DNA of 64,000 nucleotides from the human T2T-CHM13v2.0 reference genome, Homo sapiens. The translations under genes and the position numbers were made by a program. This document shows positions 58,887 to 64,000 of the stretch, piece by piece (positions within the stretch are counted from its first letter, which is position 1; each line of letters begins with the position of its first letter). The notes under the pieces were generated by a model. The model made no database searches and was not told where the DNA came from. It was given only the letters and a program-made list of their open reading frames with translations. The stretch lies in the NCBI RefSeq assembly GCF_009914755.1, contig NC_060947.1; one strand, 5' to 3'.

Positions 58887-61557
58887 CCTGTCTGGGTCAA
58901 ACAGTGGCCGCTCCCTAAGGAAAAGTTAGGGGCGCTACATAAAATAGTTAAAAAAACTATTTAAAAAAGGACATGTTTCACCCACTGTCTCTCCTTAGAA
59001 TTCGCCAGTGTTTGTAATTCAGAAAAAATCCGGCAGATGGCGCATGCTAACCGACTTAAGAGCCGCTAATGCCGTAATTCAACCCATGGGGGCTCTCCAA
59101 CGCAGGCTGCCCTCTCCGGCCGTGATCCCCAAAGGTTGGCCTTTAATTATAATTGATCTGAAGGATTGCTTTTTTTTTTTTTTTTTTTTTTACCATTCCT
59201 CTGGCAAAACAGGATTTTGAAAAATTTGCTTTTGCTATACCAGCCATAAATAATAAAGAACCAGCCACCAGGTTTCAGTGGAAAGTGTTGCCTCAGGGAA
59301 TGCTTAATAGTCCAACTATTTGTCAGACTTTTGTAGCTCAAGCTCTTCAACCAGTTAGAGACATGTTTTCAGACTGTTATATCATTCATTATGTTGATGA
59401 TATTTTGTGTGCTGCAGAAATGAGAGACAAATTAATTGACTGTTACACATTTCTGCAGACAGAGGTTGCCAACGCAGGACTGACAATAGCATCTGATAAA
59501 ATTCAAACAACAGCTCCTTTTCATTATTTAGAAATGCAGGTAGAGGAAAGGAAGGTTAATCCTCAAAAGATAGATAGAAATGAGAAAAGACACATTAAAA
59601 TATGAAATGACTTTCAAAAATTGCTGGGAGATATTAATTGGATTCGGTCAACCCTAGGCATCCCTACTTATGCCATGTCAAATTTGTTCTCTATCTTAAG
59701 AGGGGATCCAGAATCAAATAGTAAAAGAACATTAACTCCAGAGGCAACTAAAGAAATTGAATTAGTTGAAGACAAAATTCGGTCAGCACAAGTAAATAGA
59801 ATAGATCACTTAGCCCCACTCCAACTTTTGATTTTTGCTACTGCACATTCTCCAACAGGCATCATTGTTCAAAATACAGATCTTGTGGAGTGGTCCTTCC
59901 TTCCTCACAGTACGATTAAGACTTTTACATTGTACTTGGATCAAATGGCTACATTAATTGGTCAGGCAAGACTACGAATAGTAAAATTGTGTGGAAGTGA
60001 CCCAGATAAAATCATTGTTCCTTTAAACAAGGAACAGGTTACACAAGCCTTTATCAATTCTGGTGCATTGCAGATTGGTCTTGCTGATTTTGTGGGAATT
60101 ATTGACAATCATTACCCAAAAACAAAAACCTTCCAGTTTTTAAAATTGACTACTTGGATTTTACCTAAAATTACCAGACATACACCTTTAGAAAATGCTC
60201 TGACAGTGTTTACTGATGGTTCCAGCAATGGAAAGGTGGCTTACACCAGGCCAAAAAAACGAGTCACTGAAACTCAATATCACTCAGCTCAAAGAGCAGA
60301 GTTGGTTGCTGTCATTTCAGTGTTACAAGATTTTAATCAGCTTATTAACCTTGTATCAGATTCTGCATATGTAGTACAGGCTACAAAGGATGTTGAGACA
60401 GCCCTAGTCAAATACAGTATGGATGATCGGTTACACCAGCTGTTTAATTTGTTACAACAAACTGTAAGAAAAAGAAATTTCCCATTTTATATTACTCATG
60501 TTCAAGCACATACTAATTTACCAGGGCCTTTAACTAAGGCAAATGAACAAGCTGACTTGCTAGTATCATCTGCATTCATAGAAGCACAAGAACTTCATGC
60601 CTTGACTCATGTAAATGCAACAGGACTAAAAAATAAATTTGATATCACATGGAAACAGGCAAAAAATATTGTACAGCATTGCACCTAGTGTCAAGTCTTA
60701 CACTGGCCCACTCAGGAGGCAGGAGTTAATCCCAGAGGTTTATGTCCTAATGCATTATGGCAAATGGATGTCACACATGTACCTTCATTTGGAAAAATGT
60801 CATTTGTCCATGAAGACAGTTGATACTTATTCACATTTCATATGGGCAACCTGCCAGACAGGAGAAAGTACTTCCCATGTTAAAAGACATTTATTATCTT
60901 GTTTTGCTGTCATGGGAGTTCCAGAAAAAATTAAAACAGATAATGGGCCAGGATACTGTAGTAAAGCATTTCAAAAATTCCTAAATCAGTGGAAAATTAC
61001 ACATACAACAGGAATCCCCTATAATTCCCAAGGACAGGCCATAATTGAAAGAACTAATAAAGCTCAATTGGTTAAACAAAAAAAGGAAAAAGATAGTAAG
61101 GAGTATAACACTCCTCAGATGCAACTCAATCTAGCACTCTATACTTTAAAATTTTTAAACGTTTATAGAAATCAGACCACTACTTCTGCAGAACAACATT
61201 TTACTGGTAAAAAGAACAGCCCACATGAAGGAAAACTGATTTGGTGGAAAGACATCAAAAATAAGACATGGGAAATAGGGAAGGTGATAACCTGGGGGAA
61301 AGGCTTTGCTTGCGTTTCACCAGGAAAAAAGTCAGCTTCCTGTTTGGATACCCACTAGACATTTAAAGTTCTACAATGAACCCATCGGAAATGCAAAGAA
61401 AAGCGCCTCCGCGGAGACAGAAAACCCGCAATCGAGCATCATCGACTCGCCAGGTGAACAAAATGGTGGTATCAGAAGAACAGATGAAGTTGACATCCAC
61501 CAAGGAAGTGGAGCCGCCGACCTGGGCCCAACTAAAGAAGTTGACACAGTTAGCTGA
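58887..61557 (+). pseudogene. pol: HERV-K pol remnant (RT, RNase H, integrase), disrupted
   Basis: [38 protein letters not shown]; stops at 58996 and 60686 and several frameshifts. Confidence 0.92.
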
Positions 61558-63401
61558 AAAAAGCCTGAAGAAAACAAGGGTAACACAAACTCCAGAGAAT
61601 ATGCTGCTTGCAGTTTTGATGATTGTATCAATGGTGGTAAGTGTCCCCATGTCTGCAGGAGCAGCTGCAGCTAATTATACTTACTGGACCTATGTGCCTT
61701 TCCCGCCCTTAATTCGGGCAGTCACATGGATAGATAATCCTATTAAAGTATGTGTTAATAATAGTGCATGAGTACCAGGCCCCACAGATGATTGTTGCCC
61801 TGCCCAACCTGAAAAAGAAGGAATGATGATAAATATTTCCATTGGGTATCATTATCCTCCTATTTGCCTAGGGAAGGCACCAGGATATTTAATTCCTACA
61901 ACCCAAAATTGGTTGGTAGAAGTACCTACTGTCATTGCCAGCAATAGATTTACTTATCACATGGTAAGTGAAATGTCACTCGGGCCACAGATAAATAATT
62001 TACAGGATCCTTCTTATCAAAGATCATTAAAATTTAGGCCTAAGAGGAAGCCTTGCCCCAAGGAAATTCCCAAAGAATCAAAAGGCCCAGAAGTCTCAGT
62101 TTGGGAAGAATGTGTGGCTGATACTGCTGTGGTATTACAAAACAATGAATTTGGAACTATTATAGACTGGGCCCCTCAAGGCCAATTATATTATGATTGT
62201 ACAGGCCAGACTCACTGATGTTCACAGGCCCCATCCATCTGGCCCACTAATCCGGCCTATGATAGTGATTTAACTGAAAGGCTGGACCAGGTTTACAGAA
62301 GGTTAGAATCACCCTATCCATGGAAATGGGGTGAAAAGGGAATTTCATCACTTCGAACAAAGTTAGTTAGTCCTGTTGTTGGTCCTGAACACCCAGAATT
62401 ATGGAAGCTTACTGTGGCCTCGCACCACATTAGAATTTGGTCTGGAAATGAAGCTATAGGAACAAGAGATCGTAAGCCATATTATACTATTAACCTAAAT
62501 TCCAATCTGACAATTCCTTTGCAAAGTTGTGTAAAACCCCCTTATATGTTAGTTGTAGGAAAAATAGTTATTAAACCAGATTCCCAAACTATAACCTGTG
62601 AAAATTGTAGATTGTTTACTTGCATTGATTCGACTTCTGATTGGCAGCACCATATTCTGCTGGTGAGGGCAAGAGAGGGCGTGTGGATCCCTGTGTCCAT
62701 GGACCGACCGTGGGAGGCTTCCCCATCCGTCCATATTTTAATGGAAGTATTAAAAGGAGTTCTAACTAGATCCAAAAGATTCATTTTTACTTTAATTGCA
62801 GTCATTATGGGTCTTGTTGCAGTCACAGCTACTGCTGTGGCTGCTGGAATTGCTTTACACTCCTCTGTTCAAATGGTAAAATATGTAAATAATTGGCAAA
62901 AGAATTCCTCAAAATTGTGGAATTCTCAGACCCAAATAGATCAAAAATTGGCAAACCAAATTAATGACCTTAGACAAACTGTCATTTGGATGCGAGATAG
63001 GCTCATGAGCTTGAAATATCTTTTTCAGTTACAGTGTGACTGGAATACGTCAGATTTTTGTATTACACCCCGAGCCTACAATGAGTCTGAGCATCACTGG
63101 GCCATGGTTAGATGCCATCTACAAGGAAGAGAAGATAATCTTACTTTAGATATTTCAAAATTAAAAGAACAAATTTTTGAGGCATCAAAAGCCCATTTAA
63201 ATCTGGTGCCAGAAACTGAGGCAATCGTGAAAGCTGCTGATGGCCTCACAAATCTTAATGCCGTCACTTGGGTTAAAACTATCAGAAGTTCCACTATTGT
63301 AAATTTCATATTAATCCTTGTATGTCTGTTCTGTCTGTTGTTAGTCTACAGGTGTATCCAACAGCTCCGAAGAGACAGTGACCAGCGAAAACGGGCCGTG
63401 A
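61376..63401 (+). CDS. rec: HERV-K Rec, predicted spliced ORF 61376-61636 + 63345-63401 (105 aa), apparently intact
   Basis: 87 codons to GTG|GTAAGT donor; TTAG| acceptor, then [18 protein letters not shown]; [13 protein letters not shown] retained. Confidence 0.75.
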
Positions 63402-63556
63402 TGATGATGGTGGTTTTGTCAGAAAGAAAAGGGGGATATGCAGGCAAGAGAAAGAGAGATCAGACTGTTACTGTTGTCTGTGTAGAAAAGGAAGACATAA
63501 GAAACTCCATTTTGACCTGTACCCTGAACGATTGTTTTGCCCCGAGATGCTGTTAA
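61376..63556 (+). pseudogene. env: HERV-K env, disrupted (stops at 61769 and 62216); TM half open
   Basis: MNPSEMQRK signal peptide, RSKR furin site, [12 protein letters not shown] fusion peptide, [23 protein letters not shown]. Confidence 0.93.
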
Positions 63557-64000
63557 TCTGTAACTTTGCCCCAACCTTGAGCTCACAGAAACATGTGTTG
63601 TACAGAATCAAGGTTTAAGGGACCTAGGGCTGTGCAGGACGTGCCTTGTTAACAAAATGCTTACAGGCAGTATGCTTGGTAAAAGTCATCGCCATTCTCC
63701 ATTCTCGATAAACCAGGGGCACAATGCACTGCGGAAAGCCGCAGGGACCTCTGCCCTGGAAAGCGGGATATTGTCCAAGGTTTCTCCCCATGTGATAGCC
63801 TGAGATATGGCCTCGTGGGATGAGAAAGACCTGACCGTCCCCCAGCCTGACACCCGTGAAGGGTCTGTGCTGAGGAGGATTAGTAAAAGAGGAAAGCCTC
63901 TTGCAGTTGAGATAAGAGGAAGGCCTCTGTCTCCTGCCTGCCCCTGGGAACTAAATGTCTCGGTATAAAACTCTATTGTACATTTGTTCTCTTCTGAGAT
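63439..64000 (+). repeat. 3' LTR (partial), preceded by the polypurine tract at 63421-63436
   Basis: Aligns to the 5' LTR at about 96% identity. Confidence 0.95.

Larger units (their letters stand above)
57089..64000 (+). mobile_element. HERV-K(HML-2) provirus, LTR5B-type, type 2, internally deleted; 3' LTR truncated by the window edge
   Basis: LTR-PBS(Lys)-gag-pol-env-PPT-LTR order; HML-2 Gag, RT (YVDD), RNase H, integrase and Env peptides. Confidence 0.97.

Noticed and set aside
61376-61640. np9 / type-1 provirus
   Set aside because: The pol-env boundary segment deleted in type-1 proviruses is present, so this is type 2 (rec).

Overview
Human Xq28 genomic DNA (eukaryotic, intron- and Alu-rich). 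From left to right: (1) G6PD on the minus strand. All 12 coding exons are traceable by GT-AG junctions and join to a 515-aa CDS with wild-type B-type residues V68/N126/S188. (2) IKBKG/NEMO on the plus strand (419 aa, coding exons 2-10). It shares a bidirectional CpG-island promoter with G6PD and has alternative first exons inside G6PD intron 2. (3) Two identical 879-bp direct repeats exactly 11,700 bp apart, the substrate of the recurrent incontinentia pigmenti exon 4-10 deletion. (4) A repeat-dense spacer with a full-length ATF4 processed pseudogene inserted in an MST-type MaLR element. (5) The cancer-testis gene NY-ESO-1 (CTAG1A by position) with its overlapping alternative ORF. (6) An old LTR5B-type, type-2 HERV-K(HML-2) provirus running off the right edge. 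I see no wholly new system. The most interesting sequence-level observations are an intact spliced 105-aa Rec ORF in an otherwise dead provirus, a possible APOBEC3 G-to-A footprint in that provirus, a U12 (minor spliceosome)-like first intron in CTAG1, GC-shifted ancient LTR sequence in the homogenised direct repeats, and signs that this haplotype differs from GRCh37/38 (three linked G6PD SNPs, and possibly the inverted orientation of the segment between the 35-kb inverted repeats). Repeat family names and boundaries are by eye and approximate.
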